DNA of 64,000 nt. Source: the human T2T-CHM13v2.0 reference genome, Homo sapiens. This document shows positions 14,926-27,300 of this stretch, one piece after another. Location: NCBI RefSeq assembly GCF_009914755.1, contig NC_060935.1; one strand, written 5' to 3'. The notes under the pieces are model-generated. The model saw only the letters and a program-made list of their open reading frames with translations. It was not told the DNA's origin and ran no database searches. Every line of letters starts with the position of its first letter. Positions within the stretch are counted from its first letter, which is position 1. The position numbers and the translations under genes were made by a program.

Positions 14926-16940
14926 ATTACAGGAAGTTTCTATTGCCTGCTTTTTTGTGAAAGTGTACGGGTCATGTTTTCTTGTTTCTTCTTATGTTTA
15001 GCATTTTTATTGTTGTTGTTGGAAACTGAAAATTTTAGATAATACACCGTAGCAATTCTAGGCCCAAGTTTTCTCCTCTGGGTCTTGTTACTACTATTTG
15101 CTTGTTTACTTGTTTAGTGACTGGCAAGATTATTTCAGAGTAGTCTAAGTCTGCCTTTCAGAATAAAGTCTATGATGTCGTTCCTTAGGTACACAGCTTT
15201 GGATATGCTCATATTTACCCTGGGATGCCAGTGGATTTGGAAGGAGTTTTTTTTTTTTCTCTCTCTCTCTCTCTTTTCCTGACTAAAACAAGCTTTTCCA
15301 CTCCATTTATTCCTGGCTGATTGTTCTATTGTTTTAAAAGATGTTCAGAGGCATAAATTACCTCGTCAACTTATCAAATCAAATTTGGGATCCTTTGTAG
15401 GGACAGTTCCTTGAGGTCACTTTTGATAACTCTTTTGACCCCAGGGGGGCTCTTTCTGGCTATGTCTACCCAATTTCTATTTGGGTAACTACATTTTAGC
15501 CTGTACGCCCAATGAATCTATCAATCTCCTACTGTTTTAGTCAGGGTTCTCTGGAGGGATAGAAATAATAGGACATATGTGTATAAGAAAAGGAGTTTAT
15601 ATTAAGGAGAATTGATTAACGTGATAACAAGGTGAAGTCCCATGTGAGGTGAAGTCCCACAACAGGCTGTCTCTAATCTGAAGAGCAAGGAAGCCAGTAG
15701 TGGCTCAGTCCAAGTCCCAAAGCCAAAAAAGTAGGGAAGCCAAAAGCATAGCCTTCAGGCTATGGTTGAAGCCCTGAGATCCCCTGGAAAACCACTGGTG
15801 TAAGTCCAAGTCCAAAGGAGGAAGAACCTAAAGTCTGATGTTCAAGGACAGAAAGCATTCAACATGGGAGAAAGATGAAAACCAGAAGATTCAGCAACCC
15901 AGCATAGTCCACCTTCTCCTGCCTGCTTTTTCTAACCATGCCAGCAGCCAACTGGATGGTGCTCACACACATTGAGGGTGGGTCTTCCTTTACCAGTCCA
16001 CTGACTCAAATGTTAATCTCCTCTAGTAACATCCTCACAGACACACTCAGAAACAAAACTTTGCATCCTTCAGTCCAATTCTGAATCAGTCACCTGATTC
16101 AGCACCTTTATATTAACCATCACACCTATCAAATGCCTTTTACAACAACTTGAACTTTTTCACATTTTGTTGTAAATGAAGTTAGGTCATTTGTGGAGGT
16201 ATTGGGAACTCTATTTTATGTCCTGTTTCTCTTCCCAGCCCTGGTGCTCATGGCAAGGCCACTAGGCTGATGATGCACTCTTCTGAGTGACACCCCCAAT
16301 TTAGGAGCTGAGAGATTGGTATCTGGCACATATCTGATAGCCCTTGGCATGTGGTACACATCTGATAGACCTCTCTTCTGGTAGCCTCTCTGGGCTACCC
16401 CCATGGGCCTGGCTAAGGGTAATGAGAGCCCTGATATTCTCAGTCATGCTCTGCTCAAAACAGAATATTAATCTCATAATTGGGAATTAGCCAAATGAAG
16501 AGAATCCCCACTTCTTGGCTGAACTTGCCCAGAAGTTTGGCTCAGTAACTAATAGCTGGACACAGAGCTAATCCTGCCTCTCCAAGGAAAATGGCATTTT
16601 GAGTGCCAGCTGGTGGAGAGGGAGCCCTGTGTTCATGCCTGTACCACTCTAGGATGGTGTTTCTTTCTTACTGAAATGCAGAAGACGGAAAAATAAGTGT
16701 TTTATTTCAACTACCAAAAACTTCATATTTCTCACAGTTTTACTATATTTTCTTAGATAAATATTTATTTTTAATATAACCTTAGGGACATTTCCTGGAA
16801 TTTTAAATGCTTGGTTTTTAACTTTGTGGTTTTTGTTCTTATTGTTTTCAATAATTTAATAATTTTGTTGCTTTAATAATAGTTCCACAGTGAAGTTCAT
16901 CAGTAGAGCTCCTCATGCTATCATGCTGGAAGTGGAACTC
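14926..16940 (-). mobile_element. Ancient L1M 5' region, antisense, split by MLT2
   Basis: L1M 5'-like motifs GTCATGTTTTCTTGTTTCTT...AATTTTAGATAATA; terminus-like CTCCTCATGCTATCATGCTGGAAGT near 16930; highly diverged. Confidence 0.55.
15533..16124 (-). mobile_element. MLT2B-type ERVL solo LTR
   Basis: TGTTTTAGTCAGGGTTCTC ... TATTAACCATCACA; 5-bp TSD CCTAC/CCTAT. Confidence 0.9.
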
Positions 16941-17907
16941 AGAGATCTCTTGATCCACCTTCCTTTTGGCAATCTTGGAGGATATTGCTCTGCAAGGGGT
17001 CTAAGTGGAGCAGCCCAAGATACTTCAAAGAATAGAACTGTGTCATCAGTCAGAGAGTTGGGGAATTAACCTAAGTTTCTTGAACCTCCCTCAATTCCTA
17101 GTGTCTACTATGTAGGATTTGCTGTGTCCTACATAGTGGACACTGGGTTGAAAGACTGTGGCTTGAGGGGGCTTTTTGGGGAAGTAAGCAAAGCAATGAC
17201 AAAACAAACAAACAAACAAAACTTGAAACGATGTTCCATGACCAAATCTAAAGGAAGACATTAATGACATAGCAACACCTATAGTACCAGTGTAAGAAGA
17301 TCTTGAAGGAAAACAGGAAGGGAGTGGTTCTGAGTCTAGAAAACATAATAGACAAAACAAGAAAGAAATTATATGATATTATGGAGGTTTCAGATACTAG
17401 CATAATATGCCAAAGGAATTCCAAGAGGAGATTGAGTTATATCTTAGCATCCGCTATCCAGCATATATCCAAGGAACTGTTCAGGGCCAGGTACACCATT
17501 CCACAATATGCCATTTAATATAATTTATCACAGTTAATTAGTTTAAAAGGTTTATTTCAGACTATGCTCCGATCAGGGTGTAAGGAAATGTAGAATTTAC
17601 AAATGATGAAATTATGATTCAAGACTGACCAATTTTGCTAGATTTTCAATTAGAGATTGATTATAAATGCTTCTCTGAGAATAAATATAATCTTCTGAGA
17701 TTTTCCCATCTGCAAAAGCCAGCTCTCCTAAGCCAATTCTATCTTTAGTCTACCTTGTACAAATCTCACAAGGCATAGCCTAGGACCTATTGCCTTGCCA
17801 GGAATGTGTATACAAGTTTGATAAAATCTCTAAGAAAAAAAAACCCTGAACTCATAGAAAATAAGTAGTTCTCTTATTCCATTGCACGTTACATATTTTC
17901 TTTTTCA

Positions 17908-17990
17908 TTTATTTATTTATTTATTTATTTATTTTTTGAGACAGAGTCTCATTATTGTCTCCCAGGCTGGAGTGCAGTGGCGTGATCTCA
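17908..17990 (-). mobile_element. Alu 3'-end fragment (~55 nt) with (TAAA)n tail
   Basis: TTTGAGACAGAGTCTC...CCCAGGCTGGAGTGCAGTGGCGTGATCTC, then abrupt switch to non-Alu sequence. Confidence 0.9.
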
Positions 17991-18734
17991 TAGTCTCATG
18001 GTGTTGACTTCTAATTTTATTCTACGGTAGTCCGTGAATCATAGAGAGACTGGACTGGGAACTTCCCAGGGTACTTGTCCACAGGTCCTCAGGGATGGTA
18101 ATAGGGTGGGGCAGGCTGATCCTCAGGTCACTCAGGTGAGGACAAGCAGAATACTTAGGCGGTTACAGAATGCTCAGGTAGCAGCAGCCACAGGGCAGAT
18201 CCAAGGCCTCTCTGGGCTGAGCTTTCAGGAGGGCTCAGGGCCACAACTGAAACAATCAGATGGGATGGGGTGGCTGTGCTGCAGGTTTGTCACTGGCGAA
18301 GACAGGCCCCCATCAGCAGCAGTGGAGGCAGGCAGTTGAAAAATATGTTGCCTGCTTGCACCTCGCTACAATAGGAGCAGTGGTGGTATCCTTCACTGGG
18401 CCATATGAAGGTACCTGCTCTTCCTGCTCCCTCCCTGACCCTATGGTGTGGTTGGCAGTGTGGAGGAGGTGTAGTGACGAAAGTGGAAGCCTCAGGGTAG
18501 AACACAGGCTTCAGTGGGCTGGGCTACAATCAAAATGTTAAGGTGGGGCAGGGTGGCTATTCTATGGGTCTCTGGCCAGGGAAGGTAACACCCCTCAATG
18601 GAAGCAGAGGAAGCTGACAGCTGTTGGGCCCATGGCCTCCTGCAAAAGCAGAACCCACCACTGGTGCACACAAAGATGAACAGTCTCCCCTTTCCCTCTC
18701 TAGCCAGGCCATGGCAACTGCAGCAGCCAGGAAT
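17991..18734 (-). pseudogene. Probable processed pseudogene (retrocopy) of an unidentified GC-rich mRNA
   Basis: Sharp GC-rich block in AT-rich flanks; Kozak GCCATGG (ATG 18712-18710) ~22 nt from the 5' edge; AATAAA at 18021-18016, ~25 nt before the 3' edge; stops in all frames; CpG-decay pattern; no convincing TSD; parent not recognised. Confidence 0.6.
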
Positions 18735-19973
18735 AGATACTACTTTGAGGGTGAAGAGTGAAGACCTCGAAAGAGCTCTTTGTTTTAAATCCCTGGCCAT
18801 AATATATATTTATATATTGGCATTCATTTGGATGGGTTCTCAAATGACCCAATTAGGTAGAATGCCCAGGGCCTCCTATGAGAGACAGCCTTCCCCTATC
18901 TTCAAAAGCCCAGTAGGTGACCAAGTAGTTAAGGATCAAAACAGTGTTCAGAAAGATAGAGCCATAATTATGCATGACCACTTAAGTCTCTTTAGGATAT
19001 TGTAGGAGGCACTTAACCACTCAAAGATTTTTAGCCCCTAGACAAAAAAGTCTACATGAGGGTGACAGACCAAACCCCTAAATGGTAATAAACTGGTTGT
19101 CTTCATAGTCTTTTCCTTAGTTCAGGGTTTTGGGCTCTGATACCCAAACTAAACGTTCTTTAGCCAGAAATATGCATTTAACAGAAAGATGTAAGGGAAT
19201 AGCCTGGTAGGCAAGAGGAGTACTTTCAGTAGGGCAAAAGGTCAGAGATACATGACACATCTTTTCTGTGTCAGATATTATGTGACATAAGGAAATGCAC
19301 ATTAGAATCTACTGGACTATAAAATTTTAAAATGTCTTCCAATAACATTTGCCACTTTTAGTGAAAAGTAGACGAGAGTTTCTACATAATATGTACAGAG
19401 AGATCATAAAGTTTTGAAACATACATAGTATTATGTTACCAGCTATTGTAATGTAATATAAACCAATATGCTATTCATTATTCATTTGTTTATGTTTCCA
19501 CACTTGATTGCCTGTCTGTATATGTAAGACTTGAACTAGATATGTCAAATCTGACTATTACCAATTTCCTTAATTATCTATGAGAATCAAATATAGGATC
19601 TTATCTTGAAGAAGTCTAATCTCCCCTGAAATAGCTTTTGGCAAATTCTGCTTGTTAGGGTCACCATATATTGGTTAAACTGACCCAAAGAAATAATCTT
19701 GTTATGGAAGTTTAAATATTTGAATAAATAAAAAATAGGATGCATGAACTCAGGTTATTGAACTGAACGATCTATAGTATCCTTATGATTTTTTACAATC
19801 ATATAAGTTTGAGAGAACTAAACTCTAAAAAACTCTAAAATGTCCAGGGTTGATGAGAATAGCTCTCATGCCAACCCATGTCCCAGTATATTCTTGCAAT
19901 AAAATTTAGTCAACTAAGATAACCCATATGCTTTTTTTTTCTTAAATGACTCAAAGTTATGAGGCAAAGGGGT

Positions 19974-20336
19974 TGGATTAGTTTGTTTCACACTGCTGAT
20001 AAAGACATACCCAAGACTGAGTGCTTTATAAAGAAAAGAGGTTTAATTGACTCACAGTTCCACATGGCTGGAGAGGCCTCACAATCATGGCAGAAGGCAA
20101 GGAGGAGCAAGTCACATCTTACATGGCAGCAGGGAAGAGAGAGCTTGTGCAAGGCAACTCTTCCTTATAAAACAATCAGATCTCATGAGCTGTATTCACT
20201 ATCACCAGAACAGGATAGAACAGACCTGTCTCACAATTAAGTTACTTCCCACTGGATCCCTTCCATGTCATGTGGGAATTGTGGGAGCTATAATTCAAGA
20301 TGAGATTTTGGGTGGGGACACAGTCAAACCATATGA
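19974..20336 (-). mobile_element. THE1C-type MaLR solo LTR
   Basis: CACTGCTGATAAAGACATACCCAAGACTG ... GGTGGGGACACAGTCAAACCATATGA; TSD GGGGT/GGGGA. Confidence 0.93.
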
Positions 20337-22384
20337 GGGGATGTCCCTTAGTTTCTCAGGCGATGCATGATCTGCTTATATAGGACCAGAGTTTTAAACT
20401 ATTTATTATGCCTTTCAAAGATAAATGTTATTTGTAGTATCTGTCTTATTTCATCATCTTCTCCACTCTTCATGGATGGCAAATGAGACTTAGAACATCA
20501 CTGCAGATTGCTCTAGCAGGCCAAACTTAAATAATCAGATTCTACCTGATATTTCAAAGCTCTTTTCAATTCTTCCCGACAGGAGACAGTTGGATGAAAT
20601 TAGCTCAATCTTAGATGTCTAGCCCATGTCATGATTCCATATCATCTAATTACTGATTCATAGAGAGAGCACAGAAAAGCTCAACCCAGCCCTATTCATA
20701 ATGCCTCAGCTCAGGATATTTACTTTATATGAAGTAGCTTATTCATGACCTTATATTAGGAAGAGTATCTCTTATTCATAAGTCTTCCTGAATCAGAACC
20801 TTTTACAGTTTCAGGCTCTTGGATGTACATACACACAGATGTCTCTGGGGCATTAGGCCATGGTCACCCCAAACTTTTCTATCTGAAGTCAAAGTTTACT
20901 TTTTAAAAGCACTGCATTAAAACAAAAAGACATTAAGAAGTGCTGTACTTCATGGGAACTGCTCTCCAGTTTTGCTGGAATAAATATTCTTCACAAGAGA
21001 ATTAGAGGAAGACAAGGCTGGATAATGTCATTTGGGGTATTACTGTAGAGGGACATAAATGCCAGGTTTAGAAGTTTTTAATACTGAAATTTAAAATTTG
21101 TGTGTTTCTTCTTGAGGACACAGAGCTCCTGTTCCTAATCTCTCCTTCGTCATCACACTCTCTGTGTTCAGAGTCTGCACATGGTCCACAGCAAGATAGG
21201 GTTGGGAGGCAATGCCAAAAGACATTTTCTGAATAAACATCAATAAGCAGGATATGAACAAGTACCTTTCACAAGAGTGTACATTTGATAACTCTCTCTT
21301 GCTAAAATCTTCAAGTAATAAAGTATGACTATTTGAAAGCTTCTTTAAGCATCAGTTATACAGAAAGAAGGTTAAATTGTAGCCCAGAAGCTATGTCAGA
21401 GGAGACAAGATGAATGTACAATGGCCTCAAGATTAATGTGCTTTCAAAAGCAGCTTACACGCCAAGAGACTATTAGCTCACACTACAATTTCCATTAAAA
21501 TAACAATAATAACAATGATGAGCTGTAATGTCATATCTTAAAAAATTATAGGATATTTAGATAAAAGGGTATGGGGTACAATTTTAGCTAAAATCTCCTC
21601 GTATTTTGTTGTTTGGAGTTAATTGTGAAGGAGCAAACTCTTTACGGAAAGGATATCTGTCTTATATTTTATTATCTTATTAACAATCTTAAAAATCTTT
21701 CTCAGTCATTAAAATTATTCACTTGACAAATTGGAGAAAGTTCTAGCTACTGTAAAATTATGCTCACTTCACATAACAGATATTTTCTGTGTGCATATTA
21801 AAATTTTAGGGGACTGCACTTTACTTATTTTTAATTTTAAAAGAAATTATGTTATAATAATGGCTTAGGTAAAAAGAAAACACATATTCTTACTTTGATT
21901 ACATCACTATAAATCCCTAGTGTTGAACCAGTCATTTTAGAGACCCTGTGTGTCATTTTCTGTTTTGAAAATGGGAAAATAAATTGAATTAAGTACTAAT
22001 GTATATGGCTTTACAAAATAGTGCACATTGAGAGACATAACATATAGAAAGGTGATCTCTGTCTTTTGATTGCTCTTCCTACAGCTTTCTAGAACTGTAC
22101 ACAAGGAATAAAACTCACCCCAAAAGATTTGATGTGATACTGCATAATATGATTCTGATAAACTAAAAATAAATCATTTTAAATTTAAACGCATTCAGTT
22201 TTGTAGTGTGATCCTCACAACAAGTCAAATCCGGCAAACAAAAAGCAATAACAATATTTATAAATGACGTAATTGTATCAGCAGCAAAACAACTAAAAAG
22301 GCACGGAGCTGGGAATAGAGTCCCAGAGCCTTTTGCACACCTCGTCATCTCCCCCATTATTTTGTGTGCACTGGAATATCAGGT

Positions 22385-22579
22385 ATGTTTGCCAGCCTGC
22401 TATTTGCTTCTGTGAATACAGTTTCACTTGGACACAGGCATATCAATTTGCTTATTGGCTATGGTTGCTTTTTCACTACAGAAGAATCGAGTAATTGTGA
22501 CAGAGACCTTATGGCCTGCAAAATCTAAAATATTTACTCTTATTTCTTGGTCCTTTATGGAAAAGATTATTAACCCCTG
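22385..22579. mobile_element. MER58A hAT-Charlie fossil
   Basis: GAGTAATTGTGACAGAGACCTTATGGCCTGCAAAATCTAAAATATTTACT ... TAACCCCTG. Confidence 0.75.
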
Positions 22580-24541
22580 TTTTATTCATCTGTAGCGCAG
22601 GGAACTTGACTTTTTTTTTTACTCATGTGTGCCCACACCTTGCCTAGGATTAGCTGGTTTTCAGTACATGCTTACTGAAAGAAGGATAAAAGGAAGAAAG
22701 GAAAGAAAAAGGGAAGTAGAAAGGAGAGTAACAACTGAGAATATGTCTAAATTGAACAAAACTAATCTCTTCAACATGGGCTTTCTTAGCAAAGTAGTAA
22801 CTCATTATGGCTTTACTGCTAGGAACCAAGTAGGGAAATGAATGAATGAATGATCTGCCATTCTTTCGTCACTACTCAGATTTATTTTATTTTATTTATT
22901 TTTTTACTTCAAGGTTATGTGAAAAGTGGCCTTAGTTAGAACACTTTTGGAGAAGAATACTAACTTCCAGAATGCACTGCTATCTTCTAAGTAAAAAGCT
23001 CCACAGCCTGGCTTCTACATTGGAGAGCGTTACATGAATACATCTTCTCAGTTCTCATGAACAACTTTAATTATTAAACTGCATTCACTTCATTTCTGTG
23101 GACTTTTCTGCAGATGAGCTAAGTTTTATTCATGGTAAAACCTAGTCACACAAAAGCAGCACTTTACAAACACCCAGACATGTTCAATTTAGATTTCAAG
23201 ATATCAGTGAATAACTGCACAAAAGATTTTTCAGGATTTTTTAAAGCTACCTGTATTTAAGTCTAAACTTCCTTCTCTGATTACTTTTCAGCCTAAAATA
23301 CAAGATGTTATCTTTCACAATATGCTGTGTACTCAGAAACTGCAGCAATTATTTTGATCACTTCAATGTTGGCATATTAACATCTAAATTCAAAGCTGAA
23401 ACAATGAATGCATTAAGAAGGCAATTTGACACCTTCCAAGTTCTTCCTGCCTTCAGCTGCACATCTTAGAAAATCAGCAGCATTTGTGCAAACATATGTT
23501 TCATTTGTCAAGCTTCAGTTCATGGGGTCTTGCTTTGACCTTTGATTAACATTATGGGCCTTGGTCTCCGAAACCAGCCTTGAAAGGATAATGTGGGCCA
23601 GGGGTCAGGGGCCAGTCAGAACAGCTTCAGTTACCTAACACTGTATTTTTTTTAATAAAAGAGAAGAAAAGTCCAATTTCAACAGATAAAGTTGATGATC
23701 AACTATATTGGAAGATGGGGTATGTATTGTAGTACTCCAAGTTCTGCCTCATATCTTAGACTAGACAGTGTGAGCAGCTTACGCAACTAGGTCAAGATAA
23801 TCAGTTAAGAACCATTAGGTTTTAACAGATTGGGAAATGATACCAACTTGTATTTCTATGAACTTTGCCTAATACCATGTGTCACTCTGTGCCACTCCTT
23901 TTACACAGCAGGCATGTGCATCATCCTGGTTCAAGGGGTCTTTATTCCTTCCAGGATGAAAACCAAACTAGGTAACAAAGCGTTCAAGTCCGCTCACGAG
24001 TAAGCCCTCGCCTACCTGCTGATACTTGGTACATCTTTTTACGCATTTCAGCTAAACTGTTAGCTGTCTTTTACACGTGTGCCATTCATTTCAGCATCTG
24101 TTCCTTTAAACAATGTAATCTCCTTTTTAAAAATGAGAAGATTGGATTTCTTATTCTCTCTGCCTCTGAAATCCATTGTTCTCAACACCCAAAATCTCAT
24201 GAGTAAGAGGAAGTAAGGAAGCAGACATCTGTTATAAACACATACAGCCTTATTTTTCATAATCTCCAAATTCTCCATTCCATAAAGGCCAGCTTTAGCA
24301 CCTCAAATCAACTGGAAACTTGTCTATCAAACATTGTTTTACTCTGTTATACTTTCCAACATATACCATATCCCCTCTGTATTTATTAAATCCACTCTTT
24401 TCTTCAAGATCCAGCTATCAGCAAATGCTGAAGAACCCTCTTGTCTACAGGAAACTTTACTGTAGTTTTACCTAATGCAGAAACTATTTTGTTTGTATTT
24501 GCATCCTATCCCTTCAAAATGTGTCCACCCCCCAGTGATAC

Positions 24542-25889
24542 TGTATCCGGAGCTGGTGGGTTCTTGGTCTCACTAACTTCAAGAATGAAGCCGCCGACCC
24601 TCGCAATGAGTGCTACAGTTCTTAAAGATGGTGTGTCCGGAGTTTGTTCCTTCTGATGTTCAGACGTGTCCTGAGTTTCTTCCTTCTGGTGGGTTTATGG
24701 TCTGGCTGATTTCAGGAGTGAAGCTGCAGACCTTCGCAGCAAGTGTTACAGCTCTTAAAGGCAGCAAGTCTGGAGTTGTTCGTCCCTCCTGGAGGGATCG
24801 TGGTCTCCCTGTTCCGGTGAGTGTTACAGCTCATAAAGGCATTGCAACCCAAAGAATAAGCAGCAACAAGATTTAAAGCAAACAGCAAAAGAACAAAACT
24901 TCCACAGCATAGAAGGGGACCCACGTTGCCACAGCTGGCTCCCCAGCCTCCTTTTATTCCCTTATCTGGCCCCACCCACATCCTGCTGATTGATCCATTT
25001 TAAAGAGAGCTGAGTGGTCCATTTTACAGAGAGCTGATTGGTCCGTTTTGACAGGGTGCTGATTGGTGTGTTTACAATCCTCTAGCTAGACATAAAAGTT
25101 CTCCAAGTCCCCACCAGATTAGCTAGATACAGAGTGCTGATTGGTGCATCCACAAAACCCGAGCTAGACCCAGAGTGCTGATTGGTGCATATACAATCCT
25201 CGAGCTAGACATAAAAGTTGTCTAAGACCCCACCCCACTCAGGAGCCCAGTGATCCCCAGCCTAGTGGATCCCCCACCAGGGCCGCAGGTGAAGCTGCCC
25301 ACCAGTCCCACAAGGAGCGAACCTGCAGTCCTCAGTCTTGGGACCGGGCACAGTGCAGCAGGGGGTGGCACCCGTGGGGGGGGGGGTCTCGGGCTGCGCA
25401 GGAGCCCACGGGGGAGGGCGGGCGTGGGTGCGGGTGCACTGGGGCATGGCTGGCTGCAGGTCCCCCGAGCCCTGCCCGGCGGGGAGACGGCTGAAGCCCA
25501 GTGAGATTTCAAGCGCCGTGCAGGCAGGCCGGCAGTGCTGGCAGACCTGGCACTCTGTCCACAGCTGCTGGCCCGGGTGCTAAGCTCCTCAGTGCCCAGG
25601 GCCAGTGGCACCGACCGGGTGCTCTGAGTGGGGGGCCTTCTGAGCGTGCGCCCACCCAGAACTCGCGGTGGCCCAGGAGCGCCCAGCGCCGCCCCAGTTC
25701 CCGTCCACGGCTCTCCTTCCACACCTCCTGGCAAGCAGAGGGAGCCAGCTCCGGCCTTGGCCTTCCCAGAGAGGGGCTCCCACAGTGCAGCTGTGGGCTA
25801 AAGGGCTCTTCAAGCGCAGCCAGAGTGGGCGCTGAGGCCGAGGAGGCACTGAGAGTGAGTGAGGGCTGCCAGCATGCTGTCACCTCTCA
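24542..25889 (-). mobile_element. LTR12 (ERV9; LTR12C/D-type) solo LTR
   Basis: Minus strand begins TGAGAGGTGACAGCATGCTGGCAG and ends CCGGATACA; tandem GCTGATTGGT enhancer units; 4-bp TSD ATAC/ATAT; CpG-rich U3. Confidence 0.95.
24950..25190 (-). promoter_or_regulatory. LTR12 U3 promoter/enhancer firing leftward (NF-Y CCAAT boxes, GATA site, AATAAA TATA-like box)
   Basis: Four intact CCAAT (ATTGG on +) between ~25035 and 25185; AGATAA at 24967-24962; AATAAA at 24958-24953; matches known ERV9 LTR promoter layout. Confidence 0.7.
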
Positions 25890-26135
25890 ATATCAGTGCT
25901 TTACACTCAGTAGTTCTACAGTAAGTTTTAAGGTGTCTTTAACTTTGTCTTGCTTGAAATGTTCACCCAGCTTTTGCTCAAGCTTTAATAGCTGGGAAAT
26001 TCTCAAGACATCTTTAATTAATCCTTTCTACTAATTCATTTTTTACTGGTATTTTTTGTAACTTTCACACTCTTCTGTTAGGCGTAATCTCTCCTAATAT
26101 CCCAATACATTTTAATGCATTTATATTATTTTATT

Positions 26136-26248
26136 TGCATATATATGTATATTTATATGTGTGTATATATGTATATACACATACGTGTGTATATACGTTA
26201 TATACACACGCGTGTGTATATGTGCATGTGTGTATGCACACATATATA
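26136..26248. repeat. (TA/TG/CA)n low-complexity repeat
   Basis: Alternating purine-pyrimidine tract. Confidence 0.9.
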
Positions 26249-27300
26249 TTTCCATACTTGCATTCTTTGGTAACATTTTATCTCTTTAAGGAAAAATCTT
26301 TGTTTATTCATTTCTGTATCCCCAGTCAGCTGTGTTGGTACAGGTCTTAGCACTGATAAGCATTAAATCTAAAGTTATTGATTAGATGAGTTTTTAATTT
26401 TGTTCATAAAGCCATAGCATAATCTAGTGTTGCACTGCATCTTGGAAAAAGATAATAAAAATTTTCTAGGTGAGGCAATATGGAGTCTTTTTACCAAAAT
26501 TATTTAACTCATTCTTAAGTCCATTTGCTTACCACAGCTACCTGTTTGTAACAACTTAATAACAACAGTAAACAAATGTATAATACACTGCTAATCATTG
26601 CCTGAGTACTTTTTGGCCCTTTCACAGGCTAAGAGGTGATGCTAACAAAAATATGTTTAGAGTCTAATAGTTATAAACAATGATATCTCTGAGATATTGT
26701 TGTAAATAATCCTGAAATTATTCAGGATTAACATAGGTAAATATACACAGACACATCTCTTGCCAAAAAAAAAAAAAAAATTAAGGGAGAAAGAAGTGTA
26801 GGAAAATCAGAAGAGGAGAGAAAGACAATGTAAGAAGGGATGAAAGAAGGAAAGCCTCCCCCCGAAGTTACATCTCTTCAGTTATTTGAACATCAATATA
26901 TAAAGTGATATGTTATTGCTAAAATTAGAAATATTAATAAAAATTTATTGAGTCCTTGCTATGTTCAAGGTAGTAAATTTGATGAATTAGACAAATTAGT
27001 CTTTGCTATGTTCACGGAATTGTTGATTTTTGTTTTCCAAAAATAGAAGCCTTAAGTAAATGTAATTAGTTTGTATGGTTTGTATTGTTCTTAAAGTTCT
27101 AGAGCACATCCTAGAATTGTCTCTCATATTGTCAATGTATTTGTATTTTTTCAAAAAGTATAGGACTTGGTAACAGTGAATTTAAAAGGTTAGTGTTTAT
27201 ACCTAAGCAACAAATATCTTAGTGAGAAGAATCTACATCATAAACATTACTTATATTGCCAAAGAAGACCACGAGTTGCAGTAGCTATAAGAAGAATGAA

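Noticed and set aside
17885-18750. Target-site duplication around the retrocopy-Alu unit (ACATATTTTC vs AGATACTACT)
   Set aside because: Too many mismatches to count as a TSD.
18034-19005. Plus-strand ORFs of 93-135 aa
   Set aside because: Antisense to the probable retrocopy, favoured by GC content, with no recognisable protein.
25222-26034. CpG-island-like region with 80-177 aa ORFs on both strands, resembling a gene 5' end
   Set aside because: Entirely explained by the GC-rich LTR12 U3.
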